From assembly GCA_002269645.1 (NCBI GenBank), contig NIVC01000951.1:1-30526 (forward strand): a stretch of 30,526 nucleotides of DNA, read 5' to 3'. The DNA comes from Macrostomum lignano. Lineage: Eukaryota. A model generated the notes under the pieces. That model searched no databases. It saw nothing but the letters and a program-made list of their open reading frames with translations, and was not told where the DNA came from. Positions 1 through 11,840 of the stretch are shown one piece after another; within the stretch, counting starts at the first letter, position 1; every line of letters begins with the position of its first letter. A program made the position numbers and the translations under genes.

Positions 1-656
1 TACAGTTTAAACGATTCAAAAATTGGTCTCGCAACTTTTCAGAGTTCAGCCTCCTCCAGTCTTGTTTGCAACAGGGGCATGCAGAGCGAAAGCGGGATGA
101 CGGAGGTCCAGTTGGCAAAACATCCCCTCTCTCTCCCCATTCCGTTGTTGGGCGTCAGGAAATCCCATCTGTAATTTATCAAACTGCCGCAATCGCTCGC
201 CCTCGCCCAGCCCCGGCGAGAATCGCGGATCTAAAGTACGCAAACAAAACGAACACGAGCCTTGCAGTTCCTGGAAAATGCAACCAATTGCCGATTGTCT
301 AAACTGATAGAGCCGGAGAGAGAGGGGGGCCGGTCGATGCCCCCCTGCAAGTCAAGTAAGTCAAGCCGGAGAGAAAGAGAGAGATGCAGGGAGATAGAGG
401 GAGGGAGGCGAGGGGTCGGCGAGGGCCGAATCTCTGTGTTTATTTGGGCAACTGTTCCCATCCGATTCGCCCAGCCTTGGCCAACCCCGCCTCCAGGGAT
501 GTTCGAACAGCAACGGTCGAGAGTGTCGGGGGTCGGGTACTGGGCTGTTGGACGACTTGGGTATAAACTCTCAACCATTCACTGAGTTGTGATTTTTGTC
601 GGGTTGCTCAAGGCGCCTCAAGTCAAGCCGAAGTGCTGCAGCGAGTGGTGCTGAAC

Positions 657-3600
657 ATGTCGGATTGCATTTTGTCCACGCTGCTCCTGGCCGTTGCAGC
701 AAACTTCGCGTCAGCATCGGCTTCGGCAGTGAGGGAGCCGTTCCAGCCGGAGCTGCAGTCGCTGCGCGCCGTGCTGTCCCGCGCCATGCGCTGTCAGGGC
801 ATCCGGCAGCTGCACGCCGCCGCCGTCCACGCCGGTCGGCCAGTCTTCGACTTCCGACTGGAGGCGACGACAGCTCAAGGCGGCGTTGAGGTCAGAGACC
901 TGAATAGGCAGATGCTGCTGAGCCTGGCGTCCGTGTCCAAGGGAATGGGCACCGCGCTGCCGCGTATTCAGAACGCTCTGCTGGGACAGAATCTGTCGCG
1001 TGACACGCGTGGCGTTGTCAGGTGAGCAATAGTTCAACACGGGTTGAGTGACTCGGGACAAAGACAATTTCGGAAGCCCCTAATTTTACTGTGTTTCTAT
1101 TCAGAATCTCACTTTCAGACATGCGGGTGTTGAGGACCGAGTCCCAATTCTGAATTGGAAGGAAACTGGGGGGGGGGGAGCTCACAGGTTCTCATTTAAG
1201 TTTATCTCGCGTACAAGAGCACATGGCTTATTTGCACTTTTTTATTCGCATAATCAACCACCACCTGACATTTAAGTTCTGAGTTCCCCCACTTCTCATA
1301 TTTACCAACCGCAGCCTTCTAAAACTGCCATTGAAATCGGTTTTTGGCGACGAGTTCTGGTTCATCGACCAGACGCGGACCGACTTGGTGACGTTGGAGG
1401 ATCTGATGAGCCACTCGACCGGGGTAGCCCGACATGACTCGCTCTGGTACCTGAGACACTTCAGCTCAAAGGAGGAGCTTGTCAAGTGAGTTGCTACGGT
1501 ATAAAAAGTTAATTTTAGTGGAAAACAAGAACGTTTACGTACTAGTGCAGTCGACAAAGTAGTCTTTATTAAACAAGTACAACATCAAACTACGAGGTAC
1601 TTACTACTTACGAGCTACATGCTTTATTAGCATATGTTGCTAAAAATTCAGATATAGAGATGCAACAAGTTACAAAACAGGAAGCTGATTTAGTCGGAGA
1701 AGAACCTCTGTTAAATGAGCTGAAGATGCGTTGACGAAACTACTTACTAGGAAGTTTGTCACGTTCGACCATGTAATGCATACACGCACAAACGCATATA
1801 AGAAATAAAACTTGATCCAGAGATTTGCTACTTCAAGGATACGAAGCTCGATATCACTCCGTTATCGCAGCGCCACAGGCCGGCTGCAGGCAATCCGCGG
1901 CTTCCGAGCCTCGTTCCGCTACAACAACTTGGCCTGGACAGTGGCGGACTTGGCTCTGCAGCGCCTCACCGGACAGACCTATGCGCAGTACATGCGCGAG
2001 CACCTGTGGACGCCGTTGAATATGATGGACACCTTTTCCAGCTCAGAGATGAATACTAGCCTCTGGTCGAGGGTCTACCAGAATTCGCGCTCCATAATTG
2101 ACGGCATTCCCTACGACAGCAGCGACCTGCGCAAGTGAGGGCGATGCATTTTTAGTGCACTTAAATATGAAATCGATGTACTGATGTAGAAGAAATCTCA
2201 GCCCATAATTTCGCCCACCTCTTCTCAGTTCCACAATGCTGGTGGAGGCAGCTGGCGGTGTGCACATCTCCCTAGACGACATGCTAAAGTACATGCAACT
2301 GCATACGCTGTCAAACTACTCAAGTGTGCGGCCGTTGCCAAGTCAGTTCGGCCCGGTGAACGCTTTTGTAGCAGAGAACGGCTTCAATAAATACTTCGAC
2401 CGAGACTTTTACACAGCTCCGGACACTGACTTTCCAGACTTGGAGATTGAGTCCTACAGCAAGGGCTGGTTCAGGACTTGGTACCGCAGTGAGTTTCTAC
2501 ACAATAATTTAGCTGTTCCCTATAGTATTAGTTTGTTAGAAGGGCTGTGGGCACCCTGGCGCAACGCCTTTAAAGACATCGTCCCTCAACTAGTGGTGTG
2601 GCAATTCTGCCCATTCCGATGACTCGTGAGCACTCATATACACATAAAATCAGGAAAAATTTACACCGAAAATTTCCGTCCCATTGACAGACAACCTGGC
2701 CTACAGCCACGGTGGCAGCCTCTTCGATGTCCGCTGCCAGCTGGATGTGTTTGTGAAGCGACAACTGGCTGTGTTCACCCACACCAACCTGGCCGATGGC
2801 GAGCAGTCGATGCTGCAGCCGCTGTATGCGGCAATTCTCAACAAATACCTGGCCGACATGCTGCTGATGAACTCTTCGTTTGTCACAGAGAGCAACGTCT
2901 GCAGCCTGCTGCACCGGGTCAATACTGAGGTTGTGGCGGTTCCCAAACTCAACCTGACGAAGGAAGACGTCGAATTTTGCTCCGGCAGGTGGGTACGGTA
3001 ATTTAAAAGCTAGTATACTATTCTATTAGTATAGTCCTTTGAAACAGATGGTCAAGGAGCATCAGCTGTGTAGCCTACCTATCAGGCCTGGCCTTCCGTA
3101 AGAGGCCATGAGCAGAACGCCATGAGTTTTGGGGGAAAGTAAGCCCTAGACTCGGATCAGGTAGCCTTTAAGTTGATTTCGTCTTGGCCGATTGATAATT
3201 CAAAAATCATTGATTTGTTAAACTGAAGCACTGTTCACGGAGGAAATCAACTACACTCTGAGGTTTCAAATTTCGTGTTGCACTCTTTCAGTTTCGGTCA
3301 GTTCGGTTTCGGTTCAGCTCTAGTTTACCTGAACCGCAGTAGCGGAATGCTCAATGTCCGCTACGGCATTCTGCACGTCGAGCTTTTCCTGGTGGCAGTC
3401 AAGGACCAGTTCTACCAGTTCATTCCTCGAACGGTTGCCAGTGTTGACAACAGCGGGGCTTTCGCTCTAACTGTCAACAAAACTCACGTTCACGTGCTGA
3501 ACATCAGCCTTCACGCGCAGCCGTATGCCCGCATCTTCATGTACAACCGGTCCTCGGCAGCAAGAAGAATCGTGCTGAACTACCCGGCACTCGAGCCGAC

Positions 3601-3793
3601 GCTCGCTCTGGAGAAGGACCTCGATCCTGAGGCCTGGCAGCGACCTGAACAGTGCTTGACTGAGTCGAAAACTGAGCTGAACGCAAATTTAAGCTTGACT
3701 GGCTTGACGGTAGCAAGAACGAGTCCGATTTTGCTAACGGCAATTTCTGCAATAACTTTTTATAAACTGAGCTTCTATGTGAACTTTTTCTGA
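657..3793 (+). CDS. Secreted beta-lactamase/PBP-fold serine hydrolase (Pfam Beta-lactamase family), 6 exons, about 619 aa, possibly GPI-anchored
   Basis: Exons 657-1021, 1315-1485, 1871-2134, 2229-2488, 2691-2988 and 3292-3793. All five introns are GT-AG, phases are consistent (2,2,2,1,2), and the exons total 1860 nt, or 620 codons. Motifs: signal peptide MSDCILSTLLLAVAANFASASA, SxxK (LASVSK), VTLEDLMSHSTG, YxN (FRYNN), AAGGVHISLDDMLKYM, HGG and a hydrophobic C-terminal tail. Confidence 0.88.
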
Positions 3794-4963
3794 GCTTTAG
3801 TTGTTCATCTCTAATTTGGATGCCTCAGTTCAATGCAGCATGTTGCTCTAAAATAGTCATCAATCATTCTAGCAAGACTACTTATGACTAATTCGAATAT
3901 TAGTGTTTCAATTTGTAGCAATTTTTCAGAAGATTTAAACCTAATAAAAAGAAGTAACGTGAGCACAGACTCTTTGAAGCTTGCTTGCGCTTATATTATT
4001 AAGTTAAGCTTCTTTTCGCTAGCATATGCCCAGCGAAACTTCCAAAGAATTACAGCTACAATTAAGAAAACTTCTCTAATTGCCTAAGTGAAAAAAAACC
4101 AACAAAATAATGCCAATGTGTTGACAACTCTACTGAAAGTAAGCAAATCTACGAGTAATATTGAATTTTATTTTAAACACATTGCAAAGTTCTACTTTGG
4201 TGTTTAAGGACACAGTAACTATTCGCATTTTCACGGGAGTGAGGCTCGGTGTTTTGAAAACCGCCGTAAAGGCCCTGTAAGAGTCAGAAATAGAAGCTTC
4301 AAACAGTTCGCTTCTGAAGTTGTTATTACGCTCGTAAATTTTTTTAACATTAAAATATTTTAACTACAATAGAGGGGCTAGTGCATTCTCCATGATAAAA
4401 ATTTGAGCAAATTTTACTTTAGGCGAATATTCAGAATATTGTTATTTGCAGATTCTTCCGCAAAATCGAAGTTTGTCATTTGAACACAAGCCAACAATCT
4501 TCGGTCGGTTTTTGTGTCGTAAATTTCTCGATTTTACGGCTGTCATATCAACAAAATCTCTGGCTTAGAGAATAGGATCCAAAAAAGCAAACAAGATAGC
4601 TTGGACTTACATGTTTTCGATACTTCTTCTACCCGACAAAGTAGTCACTTGTGAACGCTTTATTTAGAGGCAGAAAAGGGAACTTCAGTTCTCTCACTGC
4701 GCATAAAATTAGGGCGAATCATGCGATTGGCTGGCAAACTGTACTCAAGCACTGCACACTGCTGCCCCCCCATTGCTTTTCTATTTAGGTATTTTAACAC
4801 CCCATGAAAGCTGCTCCCAGTGCGATTGCTAGTACGGGAAAGTTCGTCAGCATAATCAGCAAAATCAAGTAAGTGGGTGGTGGCACATTCCACTTCAATA
4901 GCTGCTGTAGCTCATTGATTGCATGACAATTTCTATACTTCCAGACAGCCAGATCGAAGCCTA

Positions 4964-6765
4964 ATGGAGGTCCCACATCCGGTGCAACTCACAACTCTGG
5001 TCGAGACCGAATCCGGGGCAGAGAGGTTTCGACTGAACCAAAACATCTGGGCGGAGATGCAGTCCGCTGACCGGCTCCAGAAGAGCAAGGTTGCTGTGAT
5101 CAGCGTTGCCGGAGCCTTTCGCAAGGGCAAGTCATTCCTGCTCAACTTTTTTCTTCGCTTCTTGAAGGCCGCGAGTTGCGGCGATGCTTCGCAGTGGCTT
5201 CGGTCCGACGAGAGGCTGTCAGATGGATTCCACTGGAGATCCGGGAGCGAGAGAGACACCACCGGGATCCTCATCTGGTCCGAGCCGTTCTTCATCCGCA
5301 AGCCCGACGGACAAGAGGTGGCCGTGCTACTGATGGACACTCAGGGAACATTCGATCACCAGTCCACTCAGCAGGACTGCACATCAATCTTTGCCTTCAG
5401 CACGCTGCTGAGCTCAGTGCAGATCTTCAACATCTCGCAGAACATCCAGGAGACAGATCTGCAGCACCTCCGACTATTTGTCGAGTTCGCATCGATCGCT
5501 TCGGACTCGCAGGACTCTGTGCTCCAGCATCTGTGGTTCCTCATCAGAGACTGGCAGTACCCTGATGAGTACGAGTTCGGTGTAGAAGGCGGACGCCAGT
5601 ACCTTGACAAGGTCCTGGAGTGCGATCCGAAAAAGCCAATGGAAAACTTGGAGCTTCGGCAGGGCATCCGAAAGTTTTTTGAAAACACGTCTTGCTGCCT
5701 TCTGCCACATCCCGGATTCGCTGTTACCAGAAAGGATTTTCACGGAGAGCTGGACAAAATCAGCCCGGAGTTTCTGGCGGAGATCGATAAACTTGCCGCT
5801 AGAATATTGTCACCTGAGTGCCTCGCTTCCAAGGCCGTCAACGGGAGAGCGCTGACGGGCTCCGAGCTGATAACCTTCGCCGAAGTCTATTACGAGGCTT
5901 TTCGCAGCGGAAGGCTTCCGTCATCGCGCACCATCCTGTCGGCCACCGTGGACTTGACGAACTTGGCCGTATCGAAGGCATCCAGAGAGTTGTTCGAACA
6001 GAAAGTGGCCTCACGAGTCGATTCAACAGCCGCGGTCACTGACGACGAATTCGAGAGCCTACTGGGTGCAGCGACTCTGGAAGCGCGGGCCTACTTTGAC
6101 AAGAACTGCATGCAGAAGAGCTCTGAAGCCACGGCTGACTGCCGGCGGGTCTTGAAGAAGACCTTCAGCAGCAGTCGCAACATCACCGACTCATGAACCA
6201 GCTGCGATCCGAAAAGATTGCCGAGGAGGAGAGAAACCAGATGCTCGCCAATGACATCGAGAGTCTGCACAAGGACAACGAGGAGGTTGCGAGACGAATG
6301 GTTGAGATGGAGCAGAGGTTCCAGCAGAGCATGAAAGAGCTTTCGCAGGGTATGGCATCAAGAGACGAATTCGAGAAAAGTTGCAGAAGGAGAGCATGCA
6401 GCACCAGATCAACCAGTGGAAAATGGAGCAGGAAAACCTGCAATTGACATCGAAACTTGCCGAGCTACAAAAGCAAGCCAGTGAAGCGATGGTGGAGGAG
6501 CAACGTAGGACCATGGAATCGAGACTGGAGCCATCGAGAAGGAAGACAGAAGAGAGAAAGACACCATGATGATTTGAAGTTGAGCACAGAGGAAATAAAA
6601 GAAGGCTACATCGCTGAGTACGAGCACTACGAAAGAACGGATGGAAGGCATCGAGCCCAGGCATCTGGGATCGCACGAGACAGAGAGAGACCAGATGCTC
6701 AAGAAAACCAAATAACAGAAGATTCTGAAGTCGGCAAGCTCGACAAGAGATGCAAACAGCAGTGA
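4964..6765 (+). CDS. Atlastin-like/GBP-like large GTPase, copy 1; frameshifted in the 3' coiled coil (pseudogene or assembly indels)
   Basis: G1 VAGAFRKGKS, G2 GSERDTTG, G3 MDTQG, LIRDW and LLPHPG lie in an open frame from ATG 4964 to about 6150. Homology to the paralogues continues in other frames (EEDLQQQ..MNQLRSEK, then LQKESMQHQ) after shifts near 6153, 6378 and 6520, with probably more beyond. The last open frame ends DKRCKQQ* at 6765. Confidence 0.85.
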
Positions 6766-7907
6766 GGCTGAGAGTTATTCTGCACAAACGTTCTTACGAT
6801 TTTTAACTAGTGCGTTAGTAAGTTGACTATTTTAAAACACTAACTTGTAGCCTTATGCTTACAGAGACAAAAATCAAGGACTTTCGCTTATCTAAATATA
6901 AGCCTATTACGAGAAACTGTTTCTTATTTTGCCTTAAATAAAAGTTTAGTCGCAGGAGGGTTGTGGTCAGAGCCTTCGTGTTACATTCTTGTTTTAGAAG
7001 TTTTCTTCTCAATTTTTTTGAGTACATTCTTCTTTCCGTGCAACAAAACAGTTTGCCGGACTTTCTCGGTTCCGGCGAAGCGAAACATTGTCAGGAATTC
7101 CAGCCTTGGGAAAAAAACTGGCTGATGCAGAAGATTTGATGCAGAAGAACTGCTTGGCTTCTAAACAGTGCACTTTAGCAGAAAAGGAACTTCGGTTCTC
7201 ATTAATGCAAATAATGAATGCACTGAATGCTCTCACAACGCCAATTATAAAAGTTGTTGGAATTTTACGGTAATATCTGTTGCTGGCGGTGCTGGGCTTT
7301 GGTGCATGCATTCAGGGAGGCGTTTTTGGCAACTGAAGTCCGTCATTTTTCCAGTTGTGTCAAAATTTGGCAAAATTCCTCTGTTTGGGTGCGCGGCTTG
7401 TCTGCAGGCCCCGGAGACAGCCTCTCTGTCTCTCTCAAGGGCCCAGTGTAGTACCATGCTGATGGACCTTTGGTTTGGCCTCTGGTTATTCCAATCCAGG
7501 ATCTTAGCCGAAGAGTTTCTCAGTTGCTAGCGGTCGTTCCAGTAAGAGCTTAAGCCACTCCTGGTCGCTATCTTTTGGCTTGCTGTTGGGTTTGGGGTTA
7601 CGGCCCAGCAGTCTCTTGCCTTAGCCCCCATTTGCCTTTCAGTGACCTATGAACACTGGCGCAACCGGATCTACCTGCACAACACCGCAGCACTAGCCGC
7701 CCGCTGTTGCCAGGGGTTAGCGGAATGGGCGTCAACGCCACATCGCTGTATCCGGATTCCCGGAGCCCCGGCAGCTGAGTAAATCTTAGCACATATCTAT
7801 CAAAATTGTTAGGGTGAGGAAGGGGATCAATTTAAATTTCCTTTCGTCCAAAACTTTAGTAAGCAGGGTCACGTGATACGACGTCTATTTCATATGATAT
7901 CTGAGTT

Positions 7908-8411
7908 GCAGAAAAGGAACTTCACTTTTAACCAGTGCACTTGCAGAGATCGAGCTTCACTTCTGATCAGTGGACTTGTAGAGATGGAACTTCCCTTTAA
8001 CCAGTGTACTTGCGGAGAGAGAACTTCACTTTTAACCAATGCACTTGCAGAAATGTAACTTCACTTTTAACCAGTGTACTTGCGGAGAGAGAACTTCCCT
8101 TTTAACCAGTGTACTTGCGGAGAGGGAACCTCACTTTTAACCAGTGTACTTGCGGAGAGAGAACTTCCCTTTTAACCAGTGTACTTGCGGAGAGAGAACT
8201 TCCCTTTTAACCAGTGTACTTGCGGAGATGGAACTTCCTTTTTAACCAGTGTACTTGCGGAGAGAGAACTTCCCTTTTAACCAGTGTACTTGCGGAGATG
8301 GAACTTCCTTTTTATCCAGTGTACTTGCGGAGAGAGAACTTCCCTTTTAATCAGTGTACTTGCGGAGAGGGAACTTCCCTTTTAACCAGTGTACTTGCGG
8401 TAAGGAAACTT
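7908..8411. repeat. 35-bp minisatellite, about 14 copies
   Basis: Unit TTTTAACCAGTGTACTTGCGGAGAGAGAACTTCCC. TTTAACCAGT recurs at 8101, 8136, 8171, 8206 and 8241. The leftmost units are more diverged. Confidence 0.95.
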
Positions 8412-8659
8412 CGATTCTACTTCGTAAACAGTACAGTAGAAAAAGGAAACTTCGCTTTTCAGAAGTTCACTAAGAGCTATAAAACAAGGAACGCAGTGCG
8501 CTCGAACACTTGAGTTTAAAGTTGCAGCCAGACCAAATCTATTAGCAGAAACTCTTCAAGGTATAAAGTAGCCTGTGACGGAAACAAGTTGTTAGTCCAG
8601 TGTACCAAGAGTCACGCCTGAGCTAAAGTTGTTTGAAGAAAAGCTTTTTAATATTTGCG

Positions 8660-10321
8660 ATGGCGAGCCCAACTGAAACCACTGCTACCGCAATACAACT
8701 CATCATTCCTGATGAGAAAAATACCGGATTTAGTTTGAATCCTAAGATCTCAGCACAGGTCAAAGACCTTGACCGAATGTTGAAAGCGAAGATCGCCATC
8801 ATCTGCGTGGCCGGAGCCTTCCGAAAAGGCAAGTCCTTCTTGCTCAACTTCTTTCTGCGCTACCTGACCGCCCTGGTAAGTGGAAACACAGAAGACTGGA
8901 TTAACTCGGATGACCATCATAGAAGCGGATTCCACTGGAAGTCCGGATCCAAGCGAGATACGACTGGAATTCTTCTCTGGTCGCAGCCGTTCTTCATCCG
9001 CAAGCCCGACGGACAAGAGGTGGCCGTGCTGCTGATGGACACTCAGGGCACGTTCGATCACCAGACGACTCAGCAGGACTGCACGACCATCTTTGCGTTC
9101 AGCACGCTGCTGAGCTCCGTGCAGATCTTCAACCTTTCGCAGAACATCTCCGAGGCGGATCTGCAGAATCTGCGCCTGTTCGTTGAGTTCGCGGCTTTGG
9201 CAAAGAGCTCAGAGGGAAAGGCTCTGCAGCATCTGTGGTTTCTGATCAGAGACTGGCAATTCCCAGATGAGCATCAGTATGGAGAAGAAGGTGGAAGCGA
9301 GTACTTGTCAACCGTTCTCGACTGTAGTGCTGACAGGCCACAAGAAAACAAAGAGCTACGAGAGGGAATCAAGAAGCACTTCGAGAAGGCTTCCTGCTAT
9401 CTGCTGCCTCATCCAGGCAAAGCAGTGAGAGACTCTAAATTCACGGGCGATGTCCAGAGACTAGAGACGGAGTTTGTTGAAGAAATCGAGAGCTTTGTTG
9501 AGAAGATCGCCGCTCCAGAGAACATCACAGTTAAGAAAGTCAACGGCAATGAGCTCTCTGGCAGCGAGCTCATCGACTTCATGGAGGTTTACTTTGAGGC
9601 TTTCAGCAGCGGCAGGATGCCAACTCCGTCGAGTGTTTTCTCCGCCACTGTCGAGATGGTCAACATGACCGCTGCTTCAAACTCAAAAAGACTGTTCGAA
9701 GACAAAGTCAAGAGCTTTTTGGATCCAGCGAAGAGTGACGAAGAGTTTCAAGCGGCAGTTGATGAAGCTTCAAAGGAGGCGCTGGATGCTTTCAACTCCA
9801 AGTGCATGGAGAGCGACTCGTCTGAAGTCCGGAAAGCGAAAAAGAAGCTCCAAGATGACCTAACCGAGCTGAAAGACAAGGCTGTCCTGAACAGGCAGCT
9901 CAGATCGGAGAAGCTAACGGCCGAGAAGAAGTCGGACTTGCTGAAGGGCGAGATGGAGGGCCTAAAGCAGCAGACTCAAGACCGGCAGAAGCAGATGCAG
10001 GAGATGGAAGCCACATTCAAGACAACAATCGAGCAGATCAAGTCGGAGAGCATTTCCAAAGAGGAGATGGAGAGGAAGCTGCAGGAAGAAGCGCTCAAAC
10101 AAGACGTTGCTCGAATAAAGATGGAGGAGAAGAATAACGAGCTAAGGAGGCAGATAAGTCAGATGCAAACCATGAGTGCTCAAAGTTCCGCTGCACAGAT
10201 TGAGCTTATAAACCTTAAGATCGAAAATGCGAGGCTGGAAGAGCGTGAAAGAATGAGGTGTGAGAGTATCCGCCACGAGGCGGCAGCAGCGCCACGAGGC
10301 GGTGGATGTTCAATCCAGTGA
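8660..10321 (+). CDS. Atlastin-like/GBP-like large GTPase, copy 2, intact, 553 aa, CaaX (CSIQ)
   Basis: Uninterrupted ORF with CVAGAFRKGKS, GSKRDTTG, MDTQG, LIRDW and LLPHPG, followed by a three-helix bundle and coiled coil with no TM segment. It ends GGGCSIQ*. ATG 8660 matches the paralogue N-terminal lengths better than the upstream TTG at 8633. Confidence 0.93.
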   Translation: MASPTETTATAIQLIIPDEKNTGFSLNPKISAQVKDLDRMLKAKIAIICVAGAFRKGKSFLLNFFLRYLTALVSGNTEDWINSDDHHRSGFHWKSGSKRDTTGILLWSQPFFIRKPDGQEVAVLLMDTQGTFDHQTTQQDCTTIFAFSTLLSSVQIFNLSQNISEADLQNLRLFVEFAALAKSSEGKALQHLWFLIRDWQFPDEHQYGEEGGSEYLSTVLDCSADRPQENKELREGIKKHFEKASCYLLPHPGKAVRDSKFTGDVQRLETEFVEEIESFVEKIAAPENITVKKVNGNELSGSELIDFMEVYFEAFSSGRMPTPSSVFSATVEMVNMTAASNSKRLFEDKVKSFLDPAKSDEEFQAAVDEASKEALDAFNSKCMESDSSEVRKAKKKLQDDLTELKDKAVLNRQLRSEKLTAEKKSDLLKGEMEGLKQQTQDRQKQMQEMEATFKTTIEQIKSESISKEEMERKLQEEALKQDVARIKMEEKNNELRRQISQMQTMSAQSSAAQIELINLKIENARLEERERMRCESIRHEAAAAPRGGGCSIQ

Positions 10322-10439
10322 TCATCGGCAGAATAAGGTGAATTTTTGTGGTTCTTATTTACCCAAAATAGTTCAGGCTCCAAACTTTTTCAGAGACTTG
10401 GGTTCTGTGTGGCTGTCTTTTTTCTGCTGAGAATAGTAT

Positions 10440-10565
10440 GCTCAGTAGACTTACCGGTAGTAGACTCAGTAGAAACCGTAGACTCAGTATACTCAGTAGA
10501 CTTTGTAGACTCAGTAGAAACCGTAGACTCACTATAAACCGTAGACTCATTAGAGTTAGTAGAAT
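10440..10565. repeat. Degenerate 9-bp (GTAGACTCA) repeat just 3' of copy 2
   Basis: GTAGACTCA and variants such as GTATACTCA and GTAGAAACC are tiled over about 125 bp. Confidence 0.75.
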
Positions 10566-11840
10566 AGTAAAGGCTGATTTAATTGTTATTTAAAAGTTCG
10601 TTAATACTGTATCCAATGTATCAACGCTATTGTTACCCTCTCATAAGTTCAATAATCGGAACAATTACCAAGTTTGCTTACAAATCTACCTGATATAATT
10701 ACCTTGACACAATTTATCCAGTACTACGGAGTGCCTTGAATCGAGTCCGTCAAGTTTTTTTCAACAACGACTACAATGCATCAGTGAAATGAAAATGGAA
10801 ATATGCTATTATAAGAAAAAGAAAATTTGATACCAGAAAGAATATTACAACCTTGACTGACGTTCTTGTCACATCCGTGGATCGCTTTTTTAGCACGCTT
10901 CGTCTCTTGTTGCACGCTGCTATTCCAGAACAGTTGAAAGGGTTTTCATGGTTTAAAAATGTTTCTAAATTCCAATAGAATTACAAAAAATCCATGGAAA
11001 TTTGTAGTTTTCTGTTTTAAACTCTGTATGCACGCCTGGTTCCGCTCAGGCGACTGCTGCCAATTTTTGTTTTTTACCTCTAGCCTAGCTAACAGCAGTT
11101 CATCGGATTTTGAGTTTTTAACGCTTTATTGACAAAAATTCAATATTGGAAAACAATCAAAACATTTATTTTTCTTAAATACATTCGACATTAATTTTAC
11201 ACTGAACTGAAGTAAGTCAAAAGTCGTAAGTATAGTCGTCAATGCAATTTTCTTTCTTGGCTATTGTAGTAGGCCAGCACACGTATAAATGTTGATTTTT
11301 TTGCTTTCAAAGGAATTAAGCGAAATTTGAAATTTAGGAGCTGGTCAGAGAACCAGACTGAATGGAGAAATGTAACTTAAGAAGGCTGAAACTCATCCTT
11401 CATTTGCTGCCTGAACATAAGCTACTAGTTTACTTGGCTAAACCAGAGACTACAGATGTATGCACAAAAGCATTTATTACACTTGGTGCTGATCCCCTGC
11501 CTCAGTTGAGTAAATTCGTGTAAATTACCGGTAGGGTTTTCGGGGTTCCCGGAAGATGTTCGGGATCGGGGTTGACCCTGAAACCCCCGAAAAATGGCTA
11601 TCCCGAACACCCATAATCCTGACATGATTTGTCTTAGTCAACAACTGCTGGTTTTTTTAACTAAAAACTTCTAGCCGCTGCCTATGCATTGGTCTAATGA
11701 AAGAGTTTAGTGAATTAAAACGTCAGTACGTCAGAACCAGAGAGAATAGTACAACCTGGTAGACACTTCGGGCACGTTCCTAGATTGTGCTTTTTGATAA
11801 TGCTTAACCTGAGATACTAACATTCAGGGATTGCTCATTT

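Noticed and set aside
231-600. LTR-like or coding segment at the window start
   Set aside because: It has AATAAA and a purine tract but no defined termini. The overlapping short ORFs are low complexity.
657-3793. Bacterial contaminant or antibiotic-resistance gene
   Set aside because: Five phase-consistent spliceosomal introns show that it is a resident eukaryotic gene.
4204-4600. TTAA-flanked DNA transposon remnant starting TTAAGG
   Set aside because: No matching right end was found.
7245-7792. GC-rich patch with short ORFs between copies 1 and 2
   Set aside because: Possibly a decayed transposon, but there is no domain, terminus or repeat support.
11550-11615. Tiny hAT-like element (TAGGGTTTTCGGGG...CCCGAACACCCA)
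   Set aside because: The inverted ends are imperfect, there is no TSD, and it is single copy in the window.
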